A stretch of 64,000 nt of DNA from Chloroflexota bacterium. GTDB lineage: Bacteria; Chloroflexota; Dormibacteria; DASZGP01. The stretch is from contig JAXDLW010000028.1 in assembly GCA_034666405.1 (NCBI GenBank), positions 3,295 through 67,294 of the forward strand, read 5' to 3'. Both the position numbers and the translations under genes were made by a program. Positions 1 to 9,890 of the stretch are shown in pieces. Below the pieces are notes generated by a model. The model searched no databases and was not told the DNA's origin. It worked only from the letters and a program-made list of their open reading frames with translations. Position 1 is the stretch's first letter, and every line of letters starts with the position of its first letter.

Positions 1-2
1 CG

Positions 3-1034
3 AGCCTGCGTCCGACCCTCAAGCAATCGGAGAGCCAACTGGCATTCAAGCTCAATGACCAGCTCGGCATGCACAGCGCCCTCGCCCCCCTCAAGGACCT
101 CTGGACGAAGGGTCACCTGGCGGTGGTCGAGAACGTCGGCTACCCCAATCCCAGCCTCTCACATTTCCAGTCGATGGACATCTGGGAGACCATGAACCTC
201 GACGGTCGCGAGGGGTGGTTGGGGAAGTACCTCAGCGGACTGGTCGACAAGGACGGACACCCCCTCGCCGGGATCCAGGTGGGGAACGCGATGAACCCGG
301 CGCTCCGCGCCCTCTCCGCGCCGGTCGCGACCTTCAGCGATCCCCGCACCTTCACGATCGAGGGAACGGGCAGCTCAACCGCCGAGACCGACCTGCGGGT
401 GGCCGCCCTGGAGAAGGTCTACCGGGCATACCCGGAGTCGGCCCCGTACGCCGCCCTATTGCAACAGACCGAGGCGAACACCATCGCTTCGTCACGCCTG
501 CTCCATGCGGCGACCGCGGCGTACAAGCCACTGGCGAAGTACCCCGCCGGGCCGTTCGGCAACGGGCTCCAGGTCCTTGCCGAGGCAATCGTCCAGGACC
601 TCGGGATGAGGGTTGGATACATAACCCTGGGGGGCTTTGACACGCACCGCGGCCAGGGCGCCGCCCACGACAAGCTCCTGGCCCTGCTGGCGGGCGGCAT
701 CGAAGCCCTGATGGCGGACCTCGGCGCGCATGGCAAGAGCAAGGATGTCACCGTGATGACGTGGTCCGAGTTCGGCCGGCGGGCGCAGGAGAACGGCAGT
801 GGCGGGACCGACCACGGCACGGCGGCACCACTGTTCATCGCGGGCGAGGGAGTCAAGGGCGGGGTGTACGGAGACCCGCCTGCGCTCGACAAGCTGGACA
901 AGAACGGCAACCTGCCCTTCCAGACCGATTTCCGGCAGGTCTACGCGACGATGCTCGAAGGTTGGCTCAAAGTCCCTGCCGACACCGTCATCCCGGCCGG
1001 CTACCGGCCCCTCCCTCTCCTGCTGGCGAGCTAG
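3..1034 (+). CDS. DUF1501-family protein (5'-truncated by window edge)
   Basis: Frame is open from position 3. Motifs VGYPNPSLSHFQSMDIW, GGFDTH, SEFGRR, NGSGGTDHG and TDFRQVYAT are typical of DUF1501. Confidence 0.85.
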   Translation, partial: SLRPTLKQSESQLAFKLNDQLGMHSALAPLKDLWTKGHLAVVENVGYPNPSLSHFQSMDIWETMNLDGREGWLGKYLSGLVDKDGHPLAGIQVGNAMNPALRALSAPVATFSDPRTFTIEGTGSSTAETDLRVAALEKVYRAYPESAPYAALLQQTEANTIASSRLLHAATAAYKPLAKYPAGPFGNGLQVLAEAIVQDLGMRVGYITLGGFDTHRGQGAAHDKLLALLAGGIEALMADLGAHGKSKDVTVMTWSEFGRRAQENGSGGTDHGTAAPLFIAGEGVKGGVYGDPPALDKLDKNGNLPFQTDFRQVYATMLEGWLKVPADTVIPAGYRPLPLLLAS

Positions 1035-1132
1035 TCCGCACGCCGTTGCGGCGGGCGGATGCTTTCCCCCCCGACCTCTGGCAGAATCCGCTGCGGAGGG
1101 GCCTCCCCCTGGGTCGGCTCAGGAGACACACA

Positions 1133-4100
1133 ATAGATAGAGTCCTTTGCCCGGTCCTGGTCGGCCGACAGGAGGAGCAGGCGGTGCTCGAGGAAGCACT
1201 GCGCTCGGCCATGCTCGGCGAGGGCCGGGCCGTGCTGATCGCGGGCGACGCCGGGCTGGGCAAGAGCCGCCTGTGCACTGTCATCGCGGACCGCGCCGAG
1301 GCACTGGACTGTGTCGTGCTGCGCGGCGCGTGCAGCGATGGCGAGCTCTCGCTGCCATACCTCCCGTTTGTCGACGCCATCGGCTCCTACCTCGTGGGCG
1401 TCGACAAGAAACAGCTGCGCGAGGAGCTCGGCGAGTCCCGCCGCGAGCTGGCCCAGCTCTTCCCCCAGTTGGAGAGCGAGGGCGCCCCGGAGATCGACGA
1501 CCCGGTGCGGGCCAAGCTGCGCCTGTTCGAGGCCATTACCGCGCTCTTCCAGGTCGCCGCCGGGAACCAGGGCCTGGTGCTGGTCATGGAGGACCTCCAC
1601 TGGGCCGACGCGTCGACCCGGGAGCTGCTGGATTACATCGTCCGCCGCCTGCCCCGCGCGGGCTGGCTGCTCATCGGCACCTACCGCTCGGACGAGATCC
1701 ACCGCCGCCACCCCCTGCAGCCACTGCTGAACACCTGGGAGCGCGGCCGATTGGTCGACAGCCTGGAGCTCAAGCCGCTGACCCGGGAGGACGTCGCGGA
1801 GATGGTCAAGGCCATCTTCGACAAGCCCGATGTCACGCGGGAGTTCCGCGACTACTTCGCCGCTCGCAGCGAGGGCAACCCGTTCGTGATCGAGGAGATG
1901 CTCAAGCAGCAGGTCGAAGAGGGCTCAATCCGCAAGAACGACGGTGGCGGCTGGGAGCGCAACGAGATGAGCGACCTGCGACTGCCACGGACGGTCAGCG
2001 ACAGCATCCTCATGCGCCTTGAGCGCCTCGAGCCCCCCGAGATCGAGGTCCTGCGCGCGGCATCTGTGCTTGGGCCCTCGTTTGCGTATGACGCGCTGGT
2101 CGACCTCACCGAGGAGGCGCCCGCGGTGGTCCAGCGCGCGCTGCAGGCGGGCGTTCAGCAGCAGATGATCCAGGCCGACGACCAGTTCACGTCGCGTTAC
2201 CGCTGGCGCCACGCGCTCACCCGTGAGGCGATCTACTCCGACATGATCGAGCCGCAACGGAAGGAACTGCACCTGCGCGCGGCCGGCGTCCTGCGATCCC
2301 GCCCCGGCACCCCAGCGGTCGAGCTGGCCGGCCACCTGCTGGCGGCCGACCACTGGGAGGAGGCGCTGCCGCTGTGCCTTGACGCCGCGGCGGACGCCAT
2401 GCGGCGACGGGGGTACCGCGAGGCAGCTGAGCTGTACGAGCGGATCCTGCCGCACATGACGGACAAGCTGGAACACGGCCGGACCCTGAGCCGTCTTGGG
2501 GAGGCGAACTGGCGCGCGGGTGAGCCGGCCTCGGCACAGCGATACCTGGAGCAGGCCATTGAGGTCCTCGATGACGCGGGAGAGAAGCTCGAGGGGGCGC
2601 ATTACCGCCTGACATTGGCGCGCTGCTATTGGGAGACGTCGCAGCTGGGCCGGGCGCACGAGGCCTATGAGGCCAGCCGGGTCATCCTCGCCGCCGCGGG
2701 CCCCAGCGAGGACCTCGCCGTCGCCTGCTGCGGACTCGCGGGGCTCTACGCCTTCGAACTGAAGGGGCCGGAGGCCCAGCAGATGGCCGAGCTCGCCGTG
2801 GCGATCGGAGGTGAGGTGGGCGCCTACTCCCCGCTCATCCGGGCGTACAACTTCCTCGGGATCTCGCTGGTGTTCCAGGGCCAGGTCACCGAGGGCATCG
2901 AGTTCATGGATCGCAGCTACCAGGAGGCCCTCACCCGGGACTTCGACTGGAACGCCCTGACCGCGCTCTACAACTCGATCATCATCCGGCTGTGGCACCT
3001 GCGAGCCTCGGACTGCCCGCCGCTGGTCGAGAAGCTGCGCCAGCTGCCCGAGGGGTGGTGGCGCGACCTGGCCTACGGGCGCGCCCGCGCCATGATGTCG
3101 CACCGGCTCGCGGACCTCGAGGCCTCGCTGGAGTCCTCCCGGGCGGTCAAGACGCTGGGCGAGGAGGGCGGGGCCTCCACGTTTGTCGCCTGGGCGCGAC
3201 GGCAGGAGGCCATTGTGCTGACCGAGATGGGGACCCCCGAGGAGGCGCTCTCGGTACTGCCGCAACAGCGCACGGGTGACGACCGGCAGGAGCTCTTCTT
3301 CGACTACGAGGTGAGGATCCGGACCCACCTGGCCCTGGGGCACCCGGAGGAGGCGGCGGCGGTCGCCAACCTGGTGCGGGACGCGGGTGAGTGGGCCCAG
3401 GATGCCATCGTTATCGACGCCGCCGCGGAGGCCTACACCGCCGCGGGCAAGCTCGAGGAGGGCCGCAGGCTGCTCGCGGCCGCGGTCACCGACGGCATCG
3501 ACCCGGCGAGCCCGTACTTCGAGATCTCGGCTGCCCGGCTGGACCTCGCCGAGGGCGACGCGGCGGCCGCCGCGGTCAGGGCCAGGTCGGCTGCGGCGCT
3601 GTTCGAGAAGGCCGAGTACCGCCTCGACGGCATGCGAGCCCGGCTGGTGGTGGCTCGGGCGCTGGTCGCACTGGGCGAGCGTGATGCCGCCGCCAACGAG
3701 CTGGCTGCCATCTCGGACGTCGCCAGGTCGCGCCAGTGCCGCCAGGTCGTGGTCGAGGTCAACCACCAGGCGGACCTGGCGGGCATAGAGCTGGTGGAGG
3801 CTGAGGCCACGCCCGCCGCGACCGCGCGCCCGGCTTCGGGAGGCGGAGGCGACCGCATCAGCATCGTGGCCGAGCTGCGACAGGCCATCCGCCAGAACGA
3901 GTTCGTCCTCTACTACCAGCCCAAGCGAAACCTGGCGACCGGCGAGATCGATTGGGCCGAGGCGTTGATCCGCTGGCAGAACCCCCGCCGCGGCATGGTG
4001 CCGCCCGACCAATTCATTCCCATCGCGGAGTCACTCGGGCTGATCCGGTCCCTGACGATCTGGGTCGTCGACACCGCGGTCACACAGCTGCGTCGCTGGC

Positions 4101-4627
4101 TCCACCAGGGCCGGCGGATCGGGATGTCGGTGAACATGTCGGCCCTGGACCTGGACGAGCCACGCTTCACCGAGACGGTGGCCCGGGCGCTGGAGGCCAG
4201 CAATGTCCCGCCCAGCCGGCTCATCCTGGAGATCACCGAGAGCGGTGCGATGCAGAAGCCCGAGGTGGCCATGCGGACGATGCGTGACCTGCGCGCCCTC
4301 GGGGTCAGCCTCAGCATCGACGACTTCGGCACCGGCCACTCGTCCCTCAGCTACCTGCGCCAGCTGCCGGTCTCGGAGCTCAAGATCGACAAGAGCTTCT
4401 GCATGGAGATGGACCAGAAGAACCTGGTGATCATCCGATCGGCCATCCGCATGGGCCACGACCTCGGCCTGAAGGTCACCGCCGAGGGGGTCGAACAGCC
4501 GGAGAGCCTGCAGCTCCTTTCCGCGCTGGCCTGCGACTACGCGCAGGGATACCTCATCGGCCGTCCGATGCCTGCCGCCGACCTCGAGCAGATGGTCGAG
4601 CCGACCGCGGAGGTCATCGGCAAGTAG
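1133..4627 (+). CDS. STAND-type AAA ATPase with TPR-like helical region and C-terminal EAL (c-di-GMP phosphodiesterase) domain
   Basis: Walker A GDAGLGKS, Walker B LVMEDLHWAD and GNPF motif; C-terminal WAEALIRW, DDFGTG, KID, EGVE. Start placed at in-frame ATA 7 nt after AGGAG (1121-1125); start uncertain. Confidence 0.85.
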   Translation: MDRVLCPVLVGRQEEQAVLEEALRSAMLGEGRAVLIAGDAGLGKSRLCTVIADRAEALDCVVLRGACSDGELSLPYLPFVDAIGSYLVGVDKKQLREELGESRRELAQLFPQLESEGAPEIDDPVRAKLRLFEAITALFQVAAGNQGLVLVMEDLHWADASTRELLDYIVRRLPRAGWLLIGTYRSDEIHRRHPLQPLLNTWERGRLVDSLELKPLTREDVAEMVKAIFDKPDVTREFRDYFAARSEGNPFVIEEMLKQQVEEGSIRKNDGGGWERNEMSDLRLPRTVSDSILMRLERLEPPEIEVLRAASVLGPSFAYDALVDLTEEAPAVVQRALQAGVQQQMIQADDQFTSRYRWRHALTREAIYSDMIEPQRKELHLRAAGVLRSRPGTPAVELAGHLLAADHWEEALPLCLDAAADAMRRRGYREAAELYERILPHMTDKLEHGRTLSRLGEANWRAGEPASAQRYLEQAIEVLDDAGEKLEGAHYRLTLARCYWETSQLGRAHEAYEASRVILAAAGPSEDLAVACCGLAGLYAFELKGPEAQQMAELAVAIGGEVGAYSPLIRAYNFLGISLVFQGQVTEGIEFMDRSYQEALTRDFDWNALTALYNSIIIRLWHLRASDCPPLVEKLRQLPEGWWRDLAYGRARAMMSHRLADLEASLESSRAVKTLGEEGGASTFVAWARRQEAIVLTEMGTPEEALSVLPQQRTGDDRQELFFDYEVRIRTHLALGHPEEAAAVANLVRDAGEWAQDAIVIDAAAEAYTAAGKLEEGRRLLAAAVTDGIDPASPYFEISAARLDLAEGDAAAAAVRARSAAALFEKAEYRLDGMRARLVVARALVALGERDAAANELAAISDVARSRQCRQVVVEVNHQADLAGIELVEAEATPAATARPASGGGGDRISIVAELRQAIRQNEFVLYYQPKRNLATGEIDWAEALIRWQNPRRGMVPPDQFIPIAESLGLIRSLTIWVVDTAVTQLRRWLHQGRRIGMSVNMSALDLDEPRFTETVARALEASNVPPSRLILEITESGAMQKPEVAMRTMRDLRALGVSLSIDDFGTGHSSLSYLRQLPVSELKIDKSFCMEMDQKNLVIIRSAIRMGHDLGLKVTAEGVEQPESLQLLSALACDYAQGYLIGRPMPAADLEQMVEPTAEVIGK

Positions 4628-4630
4628 ACC

Positions 4631-5398
4631 TCAGCGGACCAGGCGGATGGTCCAGAAGTCGGCGGAGAGCGGCCGCTGCAGCAGGTATTGGTAGGGCATC
4701 GTGAAATACCCGTCCATCCCGAACGCGGTGCCCCAGGAGTTACGCACGATGAACCGGCGCTCACGGTCGACATAACCCACAGCCAGGACCGCGTGGCCGC
4801 CGATGACCCGCTCGCCGGCGCGCGGCATGCTCATCCGCCCGGTGCGCCGGACCTCGGGGCCTTCGAACGACTCGTAGACGGCAAACCCCAGGATGAAAGG
4901 GAACCCTGATGCGAGGCACGCCCGCATCTGGTCGAGGTCCCGCGGCAGGCGCTGGTACAGGGCGATGCGGTGCTTGGCGGCGTCCCGGAAGGCCCGCTCG
5001 GGCGGTCGCTCGGCAAAGCGCTCGATATCGTACGGCCAATCGGGCTCGGGCGGTGCCCCGGAGGATGCGACCACCTTGATCCCGTCGCGCGGCATGGCCC
5101 CTGCATCGACATCGGTCGAATGCTCGACGAGGCGCTCGTTGTAGTAGATGAAGAGTCGCGACGGGGTGAACTCGGCCAGGTCCTGGCGGCGCTGGTCGAA
5201 CTCGATCGCACCCGCGATCGCCTGCGCGGTGCAGCTCCCCAGCTCACCCTGGTCGTACACCGGCGGGCACGCCGGTCGCAGGTCGACACGCGCCGGCAGC
5301 TCGCTGGTAACTCCCGCGGGCACGCTGTAGCGATGATCACGCTGGTCCGGGAGATCGGGAACCCAGCCGTAGCCCTTGACCTTTCGGGGCCTGGTCAT
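4631..5398 (-). CDS. Papain-like (C1A) cysteine peptidase
   Basis: YGWVPDLPD, DQGELGSCTAQA (catalytic Cys), GGHAV (His), RNSWG (Asn). ATG at 5398. Confidence 0.9.
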   Translation of the reverse strand: MTRPRKVKGYGWVPDLPDQRDHRYSVPAGVTSELPARVDLRPACPPVYDQGELGSCTAQAIAGAIEFDQRRQDLAEFTPSRLFIYYNERLVEHSTDVDAGAMPRDGIKVVASSGAPPEPDWPYDIERFAERPPERAFRDAAKHRIALYQRLPRDLDQMRACLASGFPFILGFAVYESFEGPEVRRTGRMSMPRAGERVIGGHAVLAVGYVDRERRFIVRNSWGTAFGMDGYFTMPYQYLLQRPLSADFWTIRLVR

Positions 5399-5422
5399 TG
5401 CGTCGTACTGTAAGCCCCCGAC

Positions 5423-6433
5423 ATGGTCCCCAAGCACACCCAGCGGCATCCGTTCCGGGCGCTCGTGGTGCCCTTCGCGATCCTGCTGTCGCTGCTGGTC
5501 TACGGAACCGTCGGGTACATGGCGCTCGAGCATTTCACGGTTCTCGACGCCTTCTACATGACCGTCAGCACCATATCGACCGTCGGGTTCGGCGAGATCC
5601 ATCCCCTGGACACCGCGGGACGGGCATTCACCATCACGGTGATCGTCATGGGGGTGGCCGGCTTTCTCTACACTTTCGGCGTCCTGATCGAGTCGGTGTC
5701 CGCGGGGCGCTGGCAGGCTCATCGGAGGTACCGGCGGATGGAGGCCCAGCTCGAGGCGCTGACCGGTCACGTGATCGTCTGCGGTTACGGTCGCACGGGC
5801 GAGCAGGTCGTGCGCGAGCTGGAGCAGGCCGAGCAGCCCTACGTGGTTGTCGAGATCAATGAGCTGCCGCTGGAATTCCTCCGCCGTGATCGGCGTCTCC
5901 ACGTCGTGGGTGACGCGGCGTCCGATGACGTGCTCAAGCTTGCCGGGATCGACCGGGCTGTGGCCCTGGTCACCGCGGTCGACAGCGACGAGCGCAATGT
6001 CTACATCGTCCTGACCGCCCGGGCCATCAACCCGGAGCTATTCATCGTCGCGCGGGCCGGCTACCGCGACTCCGACGCCAAGCTCCACCGGGCCGGCGCC
6101 GACCGCGTCGTCAGCCCCTACACCCTGAGCGGTCGCAGGATGGCGGCGCTGGCGCTGCAGCCCGCGGTGGTCGATGTCCTGGACGTCGTCATGACCGGCG
6201 GCAGCGCCGCGATGGCGATAGAGGAACTGCTCGTCCCGGACCGCGCCACCCCTGGCCTCACGCCGGGCGTCCTGCGGCGGTCCGGCGCCGTGCTCCTGGC
6301 GGTGTGCGAGCCCGACGGCGCTATGGACGTCGGGCCGGGCGACAGCCGGGTGCTCAACGCCGGGGACCTGGTGATCGCGATGGGCACCCGCGACCAGCTT
6401 GGGGCGCTTGCCTCCGCGATGCTGCCCACCTGA
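5423..6433 (+). CDS. 2TM potassium channel with RCK (TrkA-N/TrkA-C) domains
   Basis: TISTVGFG selectivity filter between two hydrophobic helices; HVIVCGYGRTG Rossmann motif. Confidence 0.9.
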   Translation: MVPKHTQRHPFRALVVPFAILLSLLVYGTVGYMALEHFTVLDAFYMTVSTISTVGFGEIHPLDTAGRAFTITVIVMGVAGFLYTFGVLIESVSAGRWQAHRRYRRMEAQLEALTGHVIVCGYGRTGEQVVRELEQAEQPYVVVEINELPLEFLRRDRRLHVVGDAASDDVLKLAGIDRAVALVTAVDSDERNVYIVLTARAINPELFIVARAGYRDSDAKLHRAGADRVVSPYTLSGRRMAALALQPAVVDVLDVVMTGGSAAMAIEELLVPDRATPGLTPGVLRRSGAVLLAVCEPDGAMDVGPGDSRVLNAGDLVIAMGTRDQLGALASAMLPT

Positions 6434-6444
6434 TCTCGAGCGCC

Positions 6445-6566
6445 CTCAGCGAATCGGCGGCACCGATACCCCGAACCCGACGAGGTTGATGGACACCGCA
6501 AGAGAGATCTCCGGCGACGATCCAGCCGTAGTGCAGCCGGCCGGGACCACGCGCAACTCCACTCAT
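6445..6566 (-). pseudogene. Remnant of an MFS transporter N-terminus
   Basis: RLHYGWIVAG is followed, in another frame, by ISLAVSINLV. Both recall MFS N-terminal segments normally ~30 aa apart; a stop follows. Confidence 0.45.
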
Positions 6567-6656
6567 GGTTCGAAAGTAATGGCTTTCAGCCATCAAATGT
6601 TCCCCGTCGCCTGTGCGCTAATGCCTAGCCCGGGACCCCTCGTTCAAGCTACTCTC

Positions 6657-7505
6657 ATGTCACATGTCGGTGATCAGCCCACCCGGCCGAGAGCGGCGGC
6701 CCTGACGCTGCGGGTACGCGTCGGTTGTGAATTCGTCTTCGAGAGCGGCGCCCCTTCCCCGTCTGTCATCCAGGTCCAACCTCACCCAGACTCCGCGCAC
6801 GAGCTGGTCGACGAGGGCTGGGCGTCCGAACCTTCGATCCCGATGCGCGAGTACGCGGACGGCTTCAGGAACCGCTGCCAGCGGGTCGTTCTCCCCGCCG
6901 GCAGGGCTCGGTTGCGCTACTCAGCGGAGGTCGAGGTCGGCGACGACCCGGACGCGGTGGCCCCCGGCGCCAGGCAGGTGCCTTCGGACGAACTTCCCAA
7001 CGAAGCCCTCGAGTACCTGCTCCCCAGCCGATATTGCCTGCCGGACCGTCTCGGCGGCGTCGCCATTGACAACTTCAGCCGGTTCGAACCCGGTTGGTCA
7101 CAGGTCGAGGCGATATCGCACTGGGTGCACGAGCACATCGTCTACACCCTCGGCTCGACCGACTCGCTGTCGGACGCGGCGGACGTCTATGTGCAGCGGC
7201 AGGGCGTCTGTCGGGACTATGCCCACCTCGCCATCAGCTTTTGCCGTGCCCTCAACTACCCGGCGCGGTACGCATGCGGCTACATCCCGCTGATGGGCCG
7301 ACCCCTTCCGGAGGAGGGCGTGGACTTCGCGGCCTGGATGGAGGTGTACCTCGGGCAGGCCTGGTACACGTTCGATCCTCGCAACGACGTGCGGCTCGCG
7401 GGCCGTGTGCTGATCGGGCGCGGCCGTGACGCCGTTGACGTGGCCATGGTCACCAGCGAGGGCGCGCCCCGCCTGGACTCGATGACGGTTTGGGCGGACG
7501 CCTGA
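6657..7505 (+). CDS. Transglutaminase-like protein
   Basis: YLLPSRYC, GVCRDYAH, DFAAWMEVY, FDPRN, IGRGRDAVDV. ATG at 6657. Confidence 0.85.
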   Translation: MSHVGDQPTRPRAAALTLRVRVGCEFVFESGAPSPSVIQVQPHPDSAHELVDEGWASEPSIPMREYADGFRNRCQRVVLPAGRARLRYSAEVEVGDDPDAVAPGARQVPSDELPNEALEYLLPSRYCLPDRLGGVAIDNFSRFEPGWSQVEAISHWVHEHIVYTLGSTDSLSDAADVYVQRQGVCRDYAHLAISFCRALNYPARYACGYIPLMGRPLPEEGVDFAAWMEVYLGQAWYTFDPRNDVRLAGRVLIGRGRDAVDVAMVTSEGAPRLDSMTVWADA

Positions 7506-7506
7506 G

Positions 7507-8409
7507 GTGATAGACCCGCAGTCGATCGACCCGAAGTCCGTTGACTGGACGCAGGTTACGCATTCGTCCTACCTGATCCACCAGCGCATGCAGTACGACT
7601 ACCCGGAGCCGATCGACGAGCTCAAGCATCACCTGGTGGTGTTCCCACCGAGGAACCACGGGGACCAGCGGCGCCTGACCTACCAGCTCGACGTTTCGAG
7701 CGCCGACCACGAGATGACCACGCGTCGCGACGCCTTCGGCAACCTGGTGGTGGACCTCTCGGTGCCCAGGGTGGAGCGGAAGATCAACTTCGAGGCCTGG
7801 ATGCTCGTCGAGCGACGAGCAACATCCATGCCCCACCGGGTGCGCGGCGCCTGGTTGGGCGACCGCCGCCTGCTGGACCCTTCGCCACTGACGATGCCCG
7901 ACGAGGCGCTCCGCGAGACCGCCCACGACCTGGCGGCGACCGGCGCCGATCGATTGGAGCTGGCCGAGCGGATCAGCAGGTGGGTCCACGGCGCCGTCGC
8001 CTACGAGCACGGCATCACCAACGTCAGGACGGGCGCCTCCGAGGCCTATACCCTGCGCCGGGGTGTGTGCCAGGACTACGCCCACATCATGATCGCGCTC
8101 TGCCGCCTCTGCGGTATCCCCGCTCGCTACGTCTCCGGCCACCTCGTGGGCGATGGGCCGATGCATGCGTGGGTGGAGGTGCTACTGCCATCGGTTCGTC
8201 ACCCTGGCGAAGCGATCGCGTGGCCGTTTGACCCCACCCACGACCGGGTGGTCTCGATGAACTACCTGACCGTGGCGGTGGGCCGCGACTACTCGGACGT
8301 CTCCCCCACCCGCGGCACCTACCGGGCCGCGGCCGGCGGCTCGCTCTCGAGCCACGAATGCGTCAGCCTCACCACCGTGCAGTACGGGCTTCCGGTCGGC
8401 TCTTGGTGA
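7507..8409 (+). CDS. Transglutaminase-like protein (Cys-His-Asp triad intact)
   Basis: GVCQDYAH, PARYVSG, HAWVEV, FDPT, GRDYSDV. Confidence 0.9.
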   Translation: MIDPQSIDPKSVDWTQVTHSSYLIHQRMQYDYPEPIDELKHHLVVFPPRNHGDQRRLTYQLDVSSADHEMTTRRDAFGNLVVDLSVPRVERKINFEAWMLVERRATSMPHRVRGAWLGDRRLLDPSPLTMPDEALRETAHDLAATGADRLELAERISRWVHGAVAYEHGITNVRTGASEAYTLRRGVCQDYAHIMIALCRLCGIPARYVSGHLVGDGPMHAWVEVLLPSVRHPGEAIAWPFDPTHDRVVSMNYLTVAVGRDYSDVSPTRGTYRAAAGGSLSSHECVSLTTVQYGLPVGSW

Positions 8410-9071
8410 CACCGCAGGCTGAGGAGCTCAGGGTCATGCTCGTGGACGACCACGAGGTGGTTCGCGACGGCGTCAAGAGCCTGCTCGAGGCTGCGGGCGG
8501 GATCCTGGTCGTGGCCGAGGCTGCCAGCGTCAGGGAGGCGATCGCGAACGCGGACCGGTCATTTCCCGACGTCATCGTCATGGACGTGCGGCTCGCCGAC
8601 GGCAGCGGTATCGAGGCCACCCGTGAGATCCGTTCGCGCCGTCCCGGCACCGCCGTGATCATGCTCACCTCGTTCGCGGACGACGATGCATTGTTCGCCT
8701 CGATCATGGCGGGCGCCGCGGGTTACGTCCTGAAGCAGATCAGGGGTGACGACCTGGTACGGGCCATCCGCGCAGTCGGGCGCGGCGAGAGCCTGCTGGA
8801 CCCGGCCGTGACCGGCAGCGTCCTCGCCCGCCTACGCAAGGGCAAACACATGTTGGATGACGAGAAGCTCTCCCGGCTCTCCGCGCAGGAGGAGCGCATC
8901 CTCGGCCTGGTCGCCGACGGTCGCACGAACCGGGAGATCGGGGATGAGATGCACCTGGCCGAGAAGACCGTCAAGAACTACATGTCAAGTGTGCTCAACA
9001 AGCTCGAGGTCGCGCGTCGCGCGGAAGCCGCGGCCTACCTCGCGACCCACCGGCGTCTTCCCGGCACCTGA
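8406..9071 (+). CDS. NarL-family response regulator, DevR/DosR-like
   Basis: VDDHEVVR, DVRLADGSGIE, GESLLDP and LAEKTVKNY closely match mycobacterial DevR as recalled. GTG overlaps the upstream stop. Confidence 0.85.
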   Translation: MTPQAEELRVMLVDDHEVVRDGVKSLLEAAGGILVVAEAASVREAIANADRSFPDVIVMDVRLADGSGIEATREIRSRRPGTAVIMLTSFADDDALFASIMAGAAGYVLKQIRGDDLVRAIRAVGRGESLLDPAVTGSVLARLRKGKHMLDDEKLSRLSAQEERILGLVADGRTNREIGDEMHLAEKTVKNYMSSVLNKLEVARRAEAAAYLATHRRLPGT

Positions 9072-9078
9072 ACGACGG

Positions 9079-9116
9079 GGGCCGGAGGTCCCTTCGATGT
9101 GAGGCCCTTCGGTCCT
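9079..9116. promoter_or_regulatory. Candidate paired DosR-type boxes
   Basis: GGGCCGGAGGTCCC (9079-9092) and GGCCCTTCGGTCCT (9103-9116), upstream of the gene at 9192. Confidence 0.55.
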
Positions 9117-9191
9117 GAACCCGGTGTCCGTTCCCGAGGACGATGAGATCAACGAATTGATCAAACAAGTCCACAGGAGGTTACCCACACC

Positions 9192-9770
9192 ATGACCAGA
9201 GGTATGCGCATTCGAGTCTTCGTTCTCCAGGCCGGCCTGATCGGGATCTTTGCATTCGGATCGGTGCTTGCACTCGCAATGGGCTCGTTCATCCACGGGA
9301 TGATCACGGACCAGCTCACAACCCAGCAGATCTACTTCCCCGCGGCGGGCAGCAAGGCCCTCCCGGCCGCCGAGTTCCCCGACCTTCAGCAGTACGGCGG
9401 CCAGCAGGTCAATGACGGCGTCAAGGCCCAGGCATATGCCAACGGCTTTATCGGGCGCCACCTCCAGAGCGTTGCCGGGGGCCTGACATACGCCCAGGTC
9501 AGCGCCAAGGCACAGGCCGCCCCCACCGATACCAAGATCGCCGGCCAGGTCGCCACCATGTTCAAGGGCGAGACCCTGCGCGGCCTGCTGCTCAACACCT
9601 ACGGGTGGTGGACAGCCGGGACCTACGCCACCTACGCCGGGATTGGCCTGGCAGTGGCGACAGGAGCGATCCTGCTGGCGCTGTTGGTCGAGATCTTCCT
9701 GGCCGTGAAGGCCGGTGAGACCGCCAAGACCGTCGTGGCACCGGCCACCAGGCTGGCTCGCCAGGTCTAA
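9192..9770 (+). CDS. Conserved two-TM membrane protein
   Basis: AGGAGG RBS; N- and C-terminal TM helices; FKGETLRGLLLNTYGWW motif. Confidence 0.8.
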   Translation: MTRGMRIRVFVLQAGLIGIFAFGSVLALAMGSFIHGMITDQLTTQQIYFPAAGSKALPAAEFPDLQQYGGQQVNDGVKAQAYANGFIGRHLQSVAGGLTYAQVSAKAQAAPTDTKIAGQVATMFKGETLRGLLLNTYGWWTAGTYATYAGIGLAVATGAILLALLVEIFLAVKAGETAKTVVAPATRLARQV

Positions 9771-9788
9771 CGACCCGCGTACCTCAGG

Positions 9789-9818
9789 AAGGGCGGCCCG
9801 CAAGGGCCGCCCTTTTTT
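9789..9818 (+). terminator. Rho-independent terminator
   Basis: GGGCGGCCC-GCAA-GGGCCGCCC hairpin followed by TTTTTT. Confidence 0.9.
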
Positions 9819-9890
9819 CTGTGGTGCGCGTCGGCACAGCAATCGCGGTTGCTGAATTTGTTATGGGCCCCGGAGCAGGCTCGGCAACGA

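Noticed and set aside
761-1132. N-terminal extension of the STAND-EAL ORF
   Set aside because: Overlaps the DUF1501 gene and is Arg/Pro/Gly-rich noise; the RBS points to ~1133.
1925-4012. Long antisense and alternate-frame ORFs (e.g. 1925-4012, 56676-58193, 60782-62353)
   Set aside because: Shadow ORFs expected from high-GC codon bias; they overlap well-supported genes and lack motifs.
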